The notes under the pieces are model-generated. The model did not search any database, had not been told where the DNA came from, and worked only from the letters and a program-made list of their open reading frames with translations. A DNA stretch of 64,000 bases, from NCBI RefSeq assembly GCF_021028975.2, contig NC_059430.1, forward strand, positions 50,468,001 to 50,532,000, given 5' to 3'. Below, piece after piece: positions 34,576-47,300 of this stretch. The DNA is from Sphaerodactylus townsendi (taxonomy: Eukaryota). Position numbers and translations under genes: made by a program. Numbering within the stretch: the stretch's first letter is position 1; each line of letters starts with the position of its first letter.

Positions 34576-37064
34576 CGTGCGAACTGGCACATTTCTCGCG
34601 CGGACTCGCGGACGTTAGCAGCTCCGGGCCTTTCAAGGTCTGTGCGAACGCTTTTTTTTTCGAGAGGCGTCAGCCGATTTCTCGGTACGCTCATCTGGTT
34701 AAGTGCGCTGCTTTCTCGGCCGTCGCGGAAACGGCCTTCCGGGTTTGAAAGTACTCTGCTTGTAGATCAATGACTCAGCCTCTGTATTTTGCCTCTTGGC
34801 ATTTGCCAACTTGCAGTAAGCTTCCTGGACATAGGAAATAATATAGACATGGTCTCTAGAGTGGAAGGCTCATCTTCACACAAGTTGTTAATTAAGTCTC
34901 ACCTGGCACCAATATACTTTCCTTTAGGCACTGCAATGTCTTTACATAGCCTGTTAACTAAGGGGATCCATCTTTTAAAGCTGTTTTATGGTCTTCTCAT
35001 AGTCTGAGGACTGTTTTATCAATATCAGTTTATATGCTCTATTTTGTTTGTGTTTTTATGCCCTGGCTTGGTTTTTGACATTTTTATTTACTTGTTTTTA
35101 TTTCACTTCATTGACTTTATTTGTTTTATTGGCATGACTTGTTTTTATTGACTTTGAAAGGAGTTTTTCTTTATTGTTTGACTTGTGAGCTGTCTTGCAT
35201 AAGACTACAAAGTTAACATACAGATTGTTAACATTAATAAATAAAAGCTGGACAATCTTGCTTAATTTACACTGCAATCCTAAGTACACTTGAATCCTTC
35301 TTCTTGCTGCCAAATGCTACCATATTAGAAGTAGCTTAGTCCCTGACAAAAAAGGTGAGAAAATCTGAAAAGCTTGATCAATTAGAGGTTTCCCTGTCTT
35401 GGTGTTACTGGAAGGTGTGGGTGCCCATTGCAGCCATTATTGCGTATTCTCTTGAATTATATTCCCAGTTCTCTAACCTAGGGTATTCTTTTGCTTTCCA
35501 ATTTGCTGCACTCTAGCTTTTGTCAAATATCAAAAACAGTTCTTCTGAGTTTCTTGAAATGTTCTTTGGTAATATGCCTAGTAGCTCAGTCTTGGCGAAT
35601 TTTTGCTTTTCCCTCCCCATTTTTCTGAATGACCATTACATTCAGAAACCACCAACTTTATTGCACTTTCAATATTTTCCTTTGTAGCATTCTTTGTACA
35701 ACAAATTGTAGCACTTCCACTGACACCATTTGGGAATATAATTACCGTGCTCACGTCACTGTCACAAGATGGGAAATAATGTATTTACATACTCCCCATT
35801 ATATTTTGTTCAAGGAAACACCCTATAATTTTTCAAAATGCATTTCACATGGATCAAGAGTTACCAGGAAAATAAGATCACAACTCAGTTGCAAAATGAG
35901 CACATTAACCACAAGGCTATCCTTTCTCTTTGTTTGTTATCCAGCATAAATAAGAGAGGAAAGCAGTCTCTAATTGATCTTTTGATTTTTTTTCTTTTTA
36001 GGTAGCAAAAAGAACTAATAAAGAAAAGCAAAAGCAATGCATTAATTGTAAGAGAGGGTTCCTTTCATGAAGTTTCCCTTAAGAATGGAATTGACTGGGC
36101 ACATCTCTCTTAAATTCAATACAAGCATGGAAATGAAGGCAATTAGGAATTTGGAAAATGGAATGAACTGCTTTCCGTCCACAGTTAGGATTTCTATCTT
36201 GTCTCCTGGACAACTGCACTGATACAGTTATTAGAAACTGTTAAATTAACTAGTAGTTGATAGATTAACGAGAAGATACTAATTCATGACCAGACAAGTG
36301 GCACCCAGGGACATAGGTTACCCCATGACCCTCTGGCAGGTATGCCACTGGTTGCCTGTTAGTGGCAGGAAGAAGGAACATCTATGGAGATCTCTGGAAC
36401 AATATTCTTCTTTGCTGTATGGAAATGGACTTATGTGCTGAATGTTATTATCAAGAAGCTCACCAGAAATGCTGAGATAGTACAATGTGTATGTAAAATT
36501 ATAATTAGATTCTAGATAGACTTACAGTTACATCCGAGGTGGGTGGAATCTGCTGCTGGGAGCTGCTTGGGCCACCGCTGGCATATTTGCCCTCACCAAG
36601 GCAGTTGCCCTGGTATTGGGGTGGATCCACTGACAGGTGGCTGCACAGCCCTCCATGGCGGTAGGATGCGGCACTGAACGCCACACCAGCATCCGTACAC
36701 CCATGATACCAGTGTAGTGGGGTAGTCTGGGAGTGTGGCCAGGGGAGGAACCAACAGTAGTCAGCTTCCACCCTGCTATTGCCGTGTTCCACTGGCAACC
36801 AGGGCTTTGAATGTATGACACCTTTATGGTGGTGTGAGTTCATTAAGCTCAGTGGGGGCTTTCCAGAGGTAGAAAGGCTTTTTTGCATTTTTATCCTTCC
36901 CATGCCACTGGAAAGCCCTTTTGGGAATGACAGGCCAGTATAGCTGTGGCACTGCAACCTGGCACCCAGCCTTTTGGATGGGGCTGCCCATCAGGTTTTT
37001 GGTTTTGTTTTCCTTGTGTGGACTGGGTGCTTTATAGTTTGTGGCACTCTGTGAACTAATAAAT

Positions 37065-37125
37065 ATGATTTACAGTTACAACAGCAACAACAACAAGCCT
37101 TTATTGGCATACATGATTTACAGTT
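37065..37125 (-). mobile_element. Ultra-short LINE 3' tail insertion
   Basis: 13-bp TSD ATGATTTACAGTT (37065-37077 and 37113-37125) around the reverse complement of GTATGCCAATAAAGGC(TTG)n. Confidence 0.85.
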
Positions 37126-39229
37126 TGAATCATCTATGAAATTATTGACTGGACAAAGGTACTCCTTAGAATGGGACCCAGAGGGTGAGGTGTATTGCCT
37201 AACCACATTTGCCTAACCACAGGAATAACTGTACCAATGCTTGAAGAGAGAGGCTTGGAGCACTCTATCTCTACCCATATATTTGTCTGAAATAACATTT
37301 CCAGTATCTGCTGTATGTGATCTTATTTTTGACTCATTGAAAATTGATATATACTATAGTTCAATGTCTCTTGAGCCATGGGAAACAGACTTTTTTCCAT
37401 TGTTCTGAGGAAATTTTAAGTTCTGATGGAAAACACCCAGACTACAATCTGGGGGCTAGAAGAATTTGGGTTCCCAGTTAACAAGGAGAAAAGCCTCCTC
37501 CTCCCTGTCAGGGACATCATGCACCCAGGTGCCAGGATAGACAAGTTGACAGGGAAGGTTTACTTACAGCAGGGAAAGCAGATCATATCCTAGCAATCTT
37601 AGCTGTTTGTCATCAGTAGTGAAGGGACCTGGTGAACCTCTCAGCAATCCTAGGTCTGTTGGTCTACACTCTAGATGTGCTGTCATGGACAAGAATCTAG
37701 GCAAGGTCACAGGGATGGACACTACTTCCTCACCAAATAGACATTTGCTGAAAGTTATATTAAAAAGTGCACTAAATTGGTAGTCTGAAACACCTAAAGA
37801 AGCCTTGGCAAGGTGCTCTTGGAACTGGCCAGGCTCCCTTGGACCCCCAAAGGAAAGCAGAGTTAGAACATCTTTCCTGGAAGGTTGCCTTCCTTATGGT
37901 TATCACTTTGACCATCACATTATAGAAAATGCCCCAACTCACAAATCTGAACACAGCAATAGTCCACGCCACTCATCAGAAATAAAACATTTTGACGTTT
38001 TCAAAATGCTTTTAAAATGTTTTATTACTGCTGTGAAAACGTTTATGGTGTTATATCCAGCACCCCCAATTGCCTCCCAGCATTGGAAACACAGCACAGT
38101 GCCAGGAGGGAGGGAGGGAGGGAGGGAGGGAAAGGAATTTTGTTGCAAAGCAGCCTTCCAGTGTATATGTGACATAGTACCATCTACTACCAAAGCCTAG
38201 AAGATAAGAAACTCATCTATGAAACTAAGAAGGCACTCCACATTATCTAAGAAGCCCAATTCAGAACTATTCCATACAGAAAATTCTATCTCTACAAAAT
38301 GATTTGGTGATTTTAATCATTTAGTCCATCTTAGCTCCTTCCTGACCACATATATTCATCCTTTAAAATACTTTTATTCCACTTTTCTACACAAAAGGTG
38401 CCTGAGGTAGTAAAAAAAGCAATTCAAAACAACATCAACAATAATGATAATTTAATGCAATGTTGTAGAATGAAACCAGTTCAAGTCCACTGAAGATTTT
38501 CTCAACATTAATTTCCAGTCAGCAGCCACCAAAATCCTAAAAAGCAGTAATGTGTAATGCTTTTACAACACCAAAACCCAGAGATTTCCACTGGGGCATA
38601 AGTTTACTTATATCAAAAGGAAGCACTTTGTACAACACTAAAGCAATCCAGGAACTTCCTGCTACAAGATGTGGTCCTGAAATGGCTGTCAAAGGAAAAA
38701 AAGGGGAGTGATGAAAATACGAAGGGGGGGTGGGATGTGACACTCCTCCTGCCTCCAGCAGTAGAGGTTTTTTTACAGGATATGTTGGGGATAATACTCT
38801 ACCCATGCCCCATGCTGCCTCCCATACTGCCTCTCAGTGCTCAACCCATTAGACTAATGTCCCAATACTTAAGTTTCATGTCTTTCTTGTGTCTCTCCAG
38901 AAAGTCAGTACTGCTCTTTGCCCAAGCAGATTAAGCTCTCTTAGCATGGTCAGAGGGCCCAACCTTCCCTATAAAATAGGCCCTCACCCAACACTCAGTG
39001 TTCAATGTGTCTGGACTGCTGGTCTGGCCATGGTGTTCCACCCAGTACTTATAAGCCTGCCATAGGGTTCAGCTGTGCTGTGTGCCATCTGCTTTCTATC
39101 TGTAACCCCCCCTCAATCTGTACCAGCTTCCCCCCCCACACACACACACCCCATTCAACTGATGGCACTGGAGGGAGGAAGCCTCACAGAAAGCTGATTG
39201 GGGAGAGAAAGAAAGAGGGACAGGCAGGC

Positions 39230-39485
39230 TGCTGGTAGAGAATGAAAAACAAAAAGAGTGTTAGAAAGAGGGAAGGGGGCTTCTTGGAGAGAATAAAAGA
39301 CAGAAAGCTCTTTGGAGAGAAGGAAAGACAGAATGCTCTTTGGAGAGAATGAAAGGCAGAAAGAGGGTTGCAAAGAGGGAACTCTGTCCTGCTCCTTGGA
39401 AAGAAGGAAAGACAGAATGCTCTTTGGAGAGAAGGAAAGACAGAAAGAGGGTTGGAAAAAGGGAATGGGCTATTTGGAGAGAACG
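39230..39485. repeat. Purine-rich degenerate tandem repeat (~28-bp units)
   Basis: TTGGAGAGAAGGAAAGACAGAATGCTCT recurs several times. Confidence 0.8.
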
Positions 39486-40884
39486 AAATATGTGTGTTGT
39501 GTAACACCGGAGGGAGAAGGCACCTTCGTGGTTTGGCCACATTTCTCTCCTGCAGAGGAAGGCACCCAAGAATGGCACCAATGGCTTCACCCCCACTGAA
39601 TACCCAAGGCACTTCACTCCTATTTCAGCAGACTCCCTTTCCCCCAGGTCTCCCCATCCAGCACCCTCCCTTCCCCAGGGCACATCCTTCAGCTCTAATC
39701 CACATTTGCCACCACCACCAACAAAAACGAACTTCCCCTCGTCCTCACTTCAGCGATCTCCGCAGAGGCTCCTTTCTTTTCCCTGGAGGCGTGCCTGCCT
39801 TCCTTCCTGGGGTCTCCCACAGCCTAGTGTGGGGAATGGCAGGGGCAGAGGAGTGAAGCTGCCATGCTGATGCTGTGATGCTCTGCCTGGAGGAACCAAA
39901 ACTGGTGGTCCACCTCTTGCTGGGGCCAGGGTGGGGGGAGTCATGAGTCTGGAGCCGGGCTGGTGCCCCGTGGATCAAACAAACCTTCCTTCCTCCTGTT
40001 CCTGAGGAACTTAAGCCAGTTTTGAGGAACCAAAACCTTCCTTCCTCCTGTTCCTGAGAAATCGAAACCAGTGGTCTGCCTGTTGGGCCGGAGGGGGTGA
40101 GGGGAGCGATGGGGCGGCGGCCGGGTGGGTGCCGCCGCTGCGCACCCACGGTTGACAGAGCAAACAAAAGACAAACCTTCCTTCCTCCTGTGGCCCCCGC
40201 CCTGTAGATGCATTCATGGAGGAGCTGCTGCTGCCGGGCGGGGAGCCGGGGACTCCCCAGCTCCACGCTGCCACTGGCCAGTCAGCCCGAATAAGGCTTG
40301 TGATGATGCGACGCTGGGAGGCGGAGATCCCTCGTCCTCCTGCTGGCTTGCTCGGACTGGGAGATGGAACTGGCCCAGTGGGCCACTGTCCACAGGGCGG
40401 GGCTAAGGCAGCCTGAGCTGAGTGCTAAGTAAAGCAGCTTGCCAGCGCTGCCGCTTGCTTGAAGTTGCTTCACATGATGGTGCAGTCTGTGGGGGGACAT
40501 TTTGGCACCCCCCACATGATTGAAATTGATGTGCCCGGGGACATGGGTTACCCCATGTCCCTAGGTAAATACGCCCCTGGGAGAAGGAATGGCACACTTT
40601 GGACATACACAGAGTCTTGAAGATTGATATCTATAGGACTGAACCCTTCCAAAACTCAGATGCCTGATGGTTATCCTATATAGGCTCAATTAGACTGGGG
40701 AAAAGGCATCAAAAGCTTTCATTGTCCAATGGGTGAAGCTTTGCATACAACTAGCTTATAAGGTACAAGGCCCTCAGGCACTGGTCCAGATCTTGGCACA
40801 CTCCACTAGAGCAGCAGTAACATCAGCAGCTTTTGTGGCCAGAGCCCTGGTTGATGAAATTTGCCGAGCAGTGATGTGGTCATT

Positions 40885-41125
40885 GGGGTGCTGTGTGGTT
40901 TCCGGGCTGTTTGGCTGTGTTCTAGCAGCATTCTCTCCTGACCTTTCACCTGCATCTGTGGCTGGCATCTTCAGAGGATCTGATAGTAGGAAAGCAAAGC
41001 AAGTGGAGTATGAAAGGAAAGCAAGTGGAGCATTCAGGAGAGAATGCTTCTAGAACATGACCATACAGCCTGGAAACCACACAACACCCCAGTGATTCCG
41101 GCCGTGAAAGCCTTCGACAATACAC
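40885..41125. mobile_element. Short Penelope-like insertion
   Basis: 13-bp TSD TGATGTGGTCATT (40872-40884 and 41126-41138). Same family as 29602. Hammerhead core mutated (GAAAG). Confidence 0.82.
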
Positions 41126-43000
41126 TGATGTGGTCATTCTTTTCTACCTTCATCAGACTCTGTAGATTGGACCAACAGACCTCCACTGAGGCAGCATTTG
41201 GGAAGAGAGTGAAAGTTGCAGACAATAACCATCATTCTTTTTCCATTCCTACTGACAAACTCCCACTCTGACCTTTGGCTTAGGTATATAGCCAGCCTAC
41301 GTGACTGAAGCTCCACTGATGAAGAATGATACATTGGACTTACAATGAAGATGAGATAAAGTCATCCCCATCACACCTGGGCTAGAACTGGACCAGAGGA
41401 GGAAAATGTAAGAAAGTAGTATATGATGTTTTACCAGACTTTTAGACAACTGGAAGGTTCAGCCCCTGACAGTCCAGGAGAAACAATACAAATTTGCATA
41501 GCCCTGCCTGAACCAAATTGGGTTTGACCTAACCATTCTGGATGATATTGCCCCACTGAAGAGAAAACACCCTCATGTAAATCCGTTGTGTCCAGCCTAC
41601 ATTACAGATTGTTGTGAGGCTAATGTGGGACAGCTGTATGAATACTTCACTGAATCCCTTGAGGGAAAGTGAGACATAAATGTGGCAAATTGACAACCTG
41701 GGTTTACACAGGTGAAGAAAACATTTAAAACACAGCCCTTTGTTTTGGTTTGTTCCTACCCAGTGGTGAAGCACAGTTCTACTACAGACTCAGCATCATT
41801 AAATGAATTCAGTCTTCCAGTTCTCCAGATTGTCAAGATTCCAGGTATAATCACTTTGATCTCAGCAGTGCTTAACCACTGCTATGACTTGCACTCCAAA
41901 TATCTTTGCCTTGTTTACTTACCCATTAGAAAAACTGGGGGGAAATGGATCAGAAGACACACTGGGGGAAATTCAGCACAGAATAAAGAGCTAGTACAGG
42001 AATACCTGAATACTTCAAATGAATTCAAATCTCCATGGCCTGATGAAGTACATCCCAGAGTATTAAAAGAACTGGCAGAACTAATCTCAGAACTGCTTGC
42101 TATAATCTTTGAGAACTCCTAGAGAACAGGAGAACTCCCAGTGGACTGGAGGAGGGCTAATGTTGTCCCCATCTTCAACAAGAGGAAAAAGAGGACCCAA
42201 ACAACTACTGCCAATGTCAGCCTGACATCAATATCAGGACAGATTCTAGAACAGATAATTAAGGAGACAGTCTATAAGCATTAGGAAGGGAAAAATGTAA
42301 TTACTGAAAATCAGCATGGATTTCTCAAAAACAAGTCATGCCAGACTAACCTTATCTCTCTTTTTTTGATAGTGTGAAAAATTGGTTGATGAAGGGAATG
42401 CTGTGGACGTAGCATACCTTGGTTTTAGTAAGACCTTTCGCAAGGTGCCCCATAATTTTCTTGCACAAGCTGGAAAGACATGGACTAGACAATGCAACTG
42501 TTAGATGGATTTGTAATTGGTTGACTGGCCAAACATAAAGAGTGCTCATCAGTGGCTCATTTTCATCCTGGAGAGGAGTAGTGTAATGCCACAGGGTTCT
42601 GTCCAGGACCCCCGTATTATTCAATATTTTGATCAATGACTTGGATAATGAAATAGAGGGCATGTTAATCAAATTTGTAGATGATACCTAATTAGGAGGG
42701 GTAACTAACACCCTGGAGAACAGGGGCAGGATTCAAAATCATCTGGACAGATTAGAAAGCTGGGCCAAAATTAACAAAATGAATTTCAACAGAAATAAAT
42801 ATAAGATTGTTCACTTAGGCAGAAAAAAAATGAAATGCACAGATATGAGATGGGTGACATCTGTCTTGACAATAGTACATGTGAAAGAGATCTGGGCATC
42901 TTAGTAGACCACAAACTGAACATGAGTCAGCAGTGTGATATGGCAGCCAAAGAAGGCAATGCAATTCTGGGATGCATCAATAAGAGTATAGTCTCTAGAT

Positions 43001-43148
43001 CAGGGGTAGGGAACCTGCGGCTCTCCAGATGTTCAGGAACTACAATTCCCATCAGCCTCTGTCAGCATGGCCAATTGGCCATTCTGGTAGGGGCTGATGG
43101 GAATTGTAGTTCCTGAACATCTGGAGAGCCGCAGGTTCCCTACCCCTG
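43001..43148. mobile_element. Palindromic hAT (Charlie-like) MITE
   Basis: CAGGGGTAGGGAACCTGCGG...CCGCAGGTTCCCTACCCCTG with 8-bp TSD CTCTAGAT (42993-43000 and 43149-43156). Confidence 0.92.
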
Positions 43149-43296
43149 CTCTAGATCAAGGGAAGGAATTGTACCACTCTACTCTATTGGTCAGACCTCA
43201 CCTTGAGTACTGTGTTTAGTTTTGGGCACTGCAATTTAAGAAGGATATTGACAAGCTACAACATATCCTGAGGAGGACAACCAAAATGGTAAAAGG

Positions 43297-44304
43297 CAGT
43301 GATGTGATATAGATTTTTAATGGGGTGGGTTTGGGGGTGGGGGCATAGCCACCCCTGGAGGCATGACCATGCCTCCACAAACCACACCCCCATCCTCAGT
43401 GCTTATAAAAGCAGCTCTCCGAGGCCAGGGACAGCAGACTCCCTGCTCCGCCTGACCCCCCCCCACCGGCTGGGCTCCCAGCTGGCAGCCCCTTCTGCCT
43501 TCCCTACGGGCAGAGGCGTAGCTAGGAAAAATGGAGCCTGGTGGAAAATCTGAGTTTTGCGGGAGGGCCCATGGGTGGCTGCTGTGATGCTGGAATCCAC
43601 CCTCAAACAGCATCACTTTCAATGGTGTTTAAACTAGGGAGCTCAAATTCTCCTTTTAAATCTACCTTAAAGGGACAATCTGGGGTCCCCAGTTAAAACA
43701 ACATTGAAAGTGATGCTGTTTTGGAGTGGATTCTTCCCCACTCTGAAACAGCATCACTTTCACTGTTTAAAATGGGGATTCTTCCTTTAAATCCATCCAG
43801 ATTCTCCCTTTGAAATCCATGGAGAAAAGCCGTGGATTTAAAAGGAGAATCTGAGAAATAATGGGGAGTGCTCTGCTGTCCAGGGGGTGCAATTAGTTAA
43901 GTTAGCAGCATCATATTTCTCTCAGGGCATCATTAGGGAGAATGTCCTGATTATACTACCCAGGTTTGGTGAAGTTTGGTTCAGGTGGTCCAAAGTTATG
44001 GACTCCCTCACAAAGGTGTAGCCCCTATCTTCTATTAGCTCCCATTTGGAAACAATGGAGTATGGGGCACCCCTTTGGGATTCCATGGGGTGGTATCATC
44101 AGGAGGAGTCTCCCCCAAAAATCCCTGAGAAATTTTGGTGCTGCTTATCCTAAAACTACTGCACTCCCCTGTGCCCAGGCCAAAAAACTGAAAAGGACTA
44201 AAAAAATTCAAAAAAAAAACCACAAGCGGGGGCCAGGAAGCTTTGGACATGTATTATCTTGGGGTTTGAACCTGGGAACCCCCCCCCCTTTACGTACATC
44301 CTTG
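43297..44304. mobile_element. ~1-kb non-autonomous hAT-like element
   Basis: 8-bp TSD GTAAAAGG (43289-43296 and 44305-44312), imperfect CAG...TG termini, and it interrupts the CR1. Confidence 0.75.
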
Positions 44305-45774
44305 GTAAAAGGTTTAGAATCAATACTCCTAAGTGAAGAGACGAGACTTAGGGGGAGCTGGGGATATTTAGTCTAGAGAATTGAAGGTTAAAGAGGGGAC
44401 ATGATAGCTATGTTTAAATATTTGAAGGGATGCCATGTCAAAGAAAGAGCCAAGCTTTATTTTCTCTGCTTCCTCAGAGACTAGGACATGGAGTAATGGA
44501 TTCAAGGTGCAGGAAAAGAGATTCCACCTAAAACATTCAGGAAGAAGAACTTTCTGATTGTCGAGAGCTTGTTCAACAATGGAATTCCACTGCCTCAGAA
44601 AGTGATGGAGTCTCTTTGGAGGTTTTTTAAACAAGAGGCTGGATGATCATAAGCCAAGGACGCTGCTTTATTTGATTGTGTTTTCCTGCATGGCAGGGGG
44701 TTGGGACTTGATGGCCCTTGTGGTCTCTTCCCAACTATGATTCCATGATCGTACCATACAGTTTTTCTACATACAACAGAAGAAATAAAATAATCCAGAT
44801 TAACTGCACATCTAATGAACCACTATGCTTGTAGATTGTTCTTTAATATAAGTTATCACAGAGATGTCCAATAGTAGTTTCCATATTTAAGGTTTTTTAA
44901 TGTTCTCTCTGTTGACCAAATGCAAGGCATTTATTATCAGCAAAATTGGTGTTATTTATCATTTTTTCTAATTAGTTTTAGTAGAGCTAATAAAGCAATT
45001 GATTTGTGTTGGAGATTATTTTCCCAGATTTGTGGGGGCAGCTGATGTCCCTCTTAATTAGGTGAATAGAATGCTGCCCTAATAAAAGTATTCCACCAGA
45101 AATTATACTATAAAATTACATCCTGTTTGCTCTTTATAAAATCACATGGTAGAAGAGTAGAAAAGCTACAAAGAGAAGACCCCAGCCAATCAAGGTTTCC
45201 AGGACCATCCCATTTTATTGAAATGGAAACCTTCCCATAACCCTTTTCTTTAACTCAGTAGCTTACAGTGCAAATTGAAATTATTTCAACTTTCAGTGAA
45301 TATATGCCAAATGTTCTACAGTTACAGAGCTGGGATGTAATATATTTGTTTATGATGAATTTAATAAAAGCGTAATCTGTTTGCTTGAATTTAAGCATAG
45401 AGTTTAAAAGGGATCTGGAGACTCCAGTCTCTTGAAAATCAGGACCAAAATGAGCAGCAATGTTTTTTGAGAAAAAAGCAGAATTTCAGTTGGAGTCCTA
45501 AATTAAAATCAACTCTTGAGATGGATAAATCCATGAAACATAAACTTGATATAAATAATACAAAATAATGTTTGGATTTGGTTTGGATTCTAATGAGGTC
45601 TTGCTGAACACTTTGTCTAATACCTTATGCAATCCTTTTTTTGTGGGAATCCTATTTAAAACTGGCCGGGGCCTGAAGCCACGCATTGCTGTGGCAATTG
45701 TCCCTTCTCATCACAGTCTGCAACCTACACAGATGTCCATGTGTAGGTCCAATGATCCCCCAGCATAGCCTTTT

Positions 45775-46060
45775 GGGAGCAGCGGTGGCGTAGTGGCTAG
45801 AAGCAGGTGCACTCTGATCTGGAGGAACTGGGTTTGATTCCCCAGCTCTGCCGCCTGAGCTGTGGAGGCTTATCTGGGGAATTCAGATTAGCCTGTACAC
45901 TCCCACACACACACCACCTATGTGACCCAGCAGGCTGAGTCGCAGCTTTTGGGAGACTCTCTTAGCCCCACCCACCTCCCACAGGGTGTTGTTTGTTGTG
46001 AGGGTGAGAAGAGCAAGCAGGTTGTAAGCCCCTTTGAGTCTCCTACAGGAGAGAAAGGGA
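45775..46060 (+). mobile_element. tRNA-derived SINE ending at an assembly gap
   Basis: GGAGCAGCGGTGGCGTAGTGG...GGTTTGATTCCCC...GAGTCTCCTACAGGAGAGAAAGG. Confidence 0.85.
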
Positions 46061-46215
46061 NNNNNNNNNNNNNNNNNNNNNNNNNNNNNNNNNNNNNNNN
46101 NNNNNNNNNNNNNNNNNNNNNNNNNNNNNNNNNNNNNNNNNNNNNNNNNNNNNNNNNNNNNNNNNNNNNNNNNNNNNNNNNNNNNNNNNNNNNNNNNNNN
46201 NNNNNNNNNNNNNNN
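46061..46215. other. Assembly gap (N)
   Basis: Run of N at a SINE tail. Confidence 1.
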
Positions 46216-46649
46216 AATCCCTCTTTCCTTTTCAGATTCACATTATTATATGTGGTGCTGTCTTGGTTTTAGTATAAAGGTAACTCTTTCCATTCCACAG
46301 CGGAACTGTCCAGAGTCGCGAGATCACCCTGCTGTCCATGAGGCTGGTTGACAGCACAGTCACAACTGAGTAGGCTGCAAAGGCAGAACTGGGGCACAGG
46401 AGGGCTATCCCAGTCAGGCAGCAGCAAGAGGCAGGAATGGTGAGGAGTGTTCAGATCGAGGCCAGCTCCCTGGGTTTGCCAGGGGTACATGCACAAAGAA
46501 GTGGAGCCAAGGTAGTCCATTGGTTCACCCCCCACCCTCACCGGATTTTTCTTAGAAGAAAAAAAGGCAAACTCCAGCTTCTGCTTTTTAGTAAAAGAGA
46601 GCTGTGGCGAATCATGGGTGAAAGAAGTGGGTAAGTGGTGGTTGGATGT

Positions 46650-47300
46650 GAGGGCAAAGTGAGGTGTGTGCCGATCATCAGAGGCTTAGCTGGAAGCTTT
46701 GGAAGCATTTGTTTGGGAGCGTCTGCACATACGCTGGCGTCGAGCATAAAAATAAAGTGAAAATCAGTTCTTGCCTAGCTTCGCCACCGACTAATAGTCT
46801 GAGATTACTGAGTCTGCAGCACCTGGCGGCTGTGTGAATTAGCCAAACTAAATTAAGCTGTGAATTTGCAGCAATAAACCCATGAACAAAGGGAATCAAC
46901 TCTATCGTCACGTCGCGTTGTGCACACGTCTCAAGCGTCTTCATGTGTCAGCTTCATTCCTGCGCACTGACGGTGACGCCCTCCCCAAACAAAATGGGAG
47001 GATTCTTTCCCCTGATTGGCCGGAAAGCTCTAAGCTAGCCAGATCAACCGTAGCTGTCATCTTCGAGGTTCCCCACTCTCCACCGCCACGCCAAAGCGGG
47101 GTTTGGGAAAAAATGTTGCTGTTTTTTGAAGAGAGCAGATTTGACGCCCAGCCAGGGGAGGCAAGGAGGAAGAGTGGCAATTTCTCGCCCAGCTTACGCG
47201 CAGTGGACGCAGCTGAGGAAGGATGTGGGGAGCGTCCTGGCTCCCAGCGTCTGGAACAGAAGAAAACAGCGGCTAATGTGGTGAGTGGGGAGCGACCCTG
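46650..47300. promoter_or_regulatory. CpG-rich island with CRE-like, CCAAT and ETS-like motifs
   Basis: Many CpGs in an otherwise depleted background. CGTCACGTCG near 46906, TGATTGGCCGGAAAG near 47013, donor-like GTGAGT at 47281. Confidence 0.4.

Larger units (their letters stand above)
17899..34736. mobile_element. Large (~16.8 kb) composite PIF/Harbinger DNA transposon
   Basis: Left end GGCCGTTTCCGC(ACGG) at 17899, preceded by TAA. Right end GCGGAAACGGCC ends at 34736, giving a perfect 12-bp inverted repeat; its right flank is TTC, so the TSD is not intact. CpG and GC content rise sharply at both ends. Contains a Harbinger transposase and Myb/SANT-like genes. Confidence 0.88.
41970..44750 (+). 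mobile_element. 5'-truncated CR1 LINE (RT region to 3' end) with two nested insertions
   Basis: FKSPWPDEVHPRVLKELAELISELLAIIFENS, DWRRANVVPIF, NQHGF, KFVDD and CERDLGILVDHKLNMSQQC, plus a CTATGATTC-type 3' end. Contains stops and frameshifts. Confidence 0.92.

Noticed and set aside
39745-40606. GC-rich ORF cluster
   Set aside because: Low-complexity interior of a non-autonomous repeat ending ...TACGCCCCTG; no protein motif.
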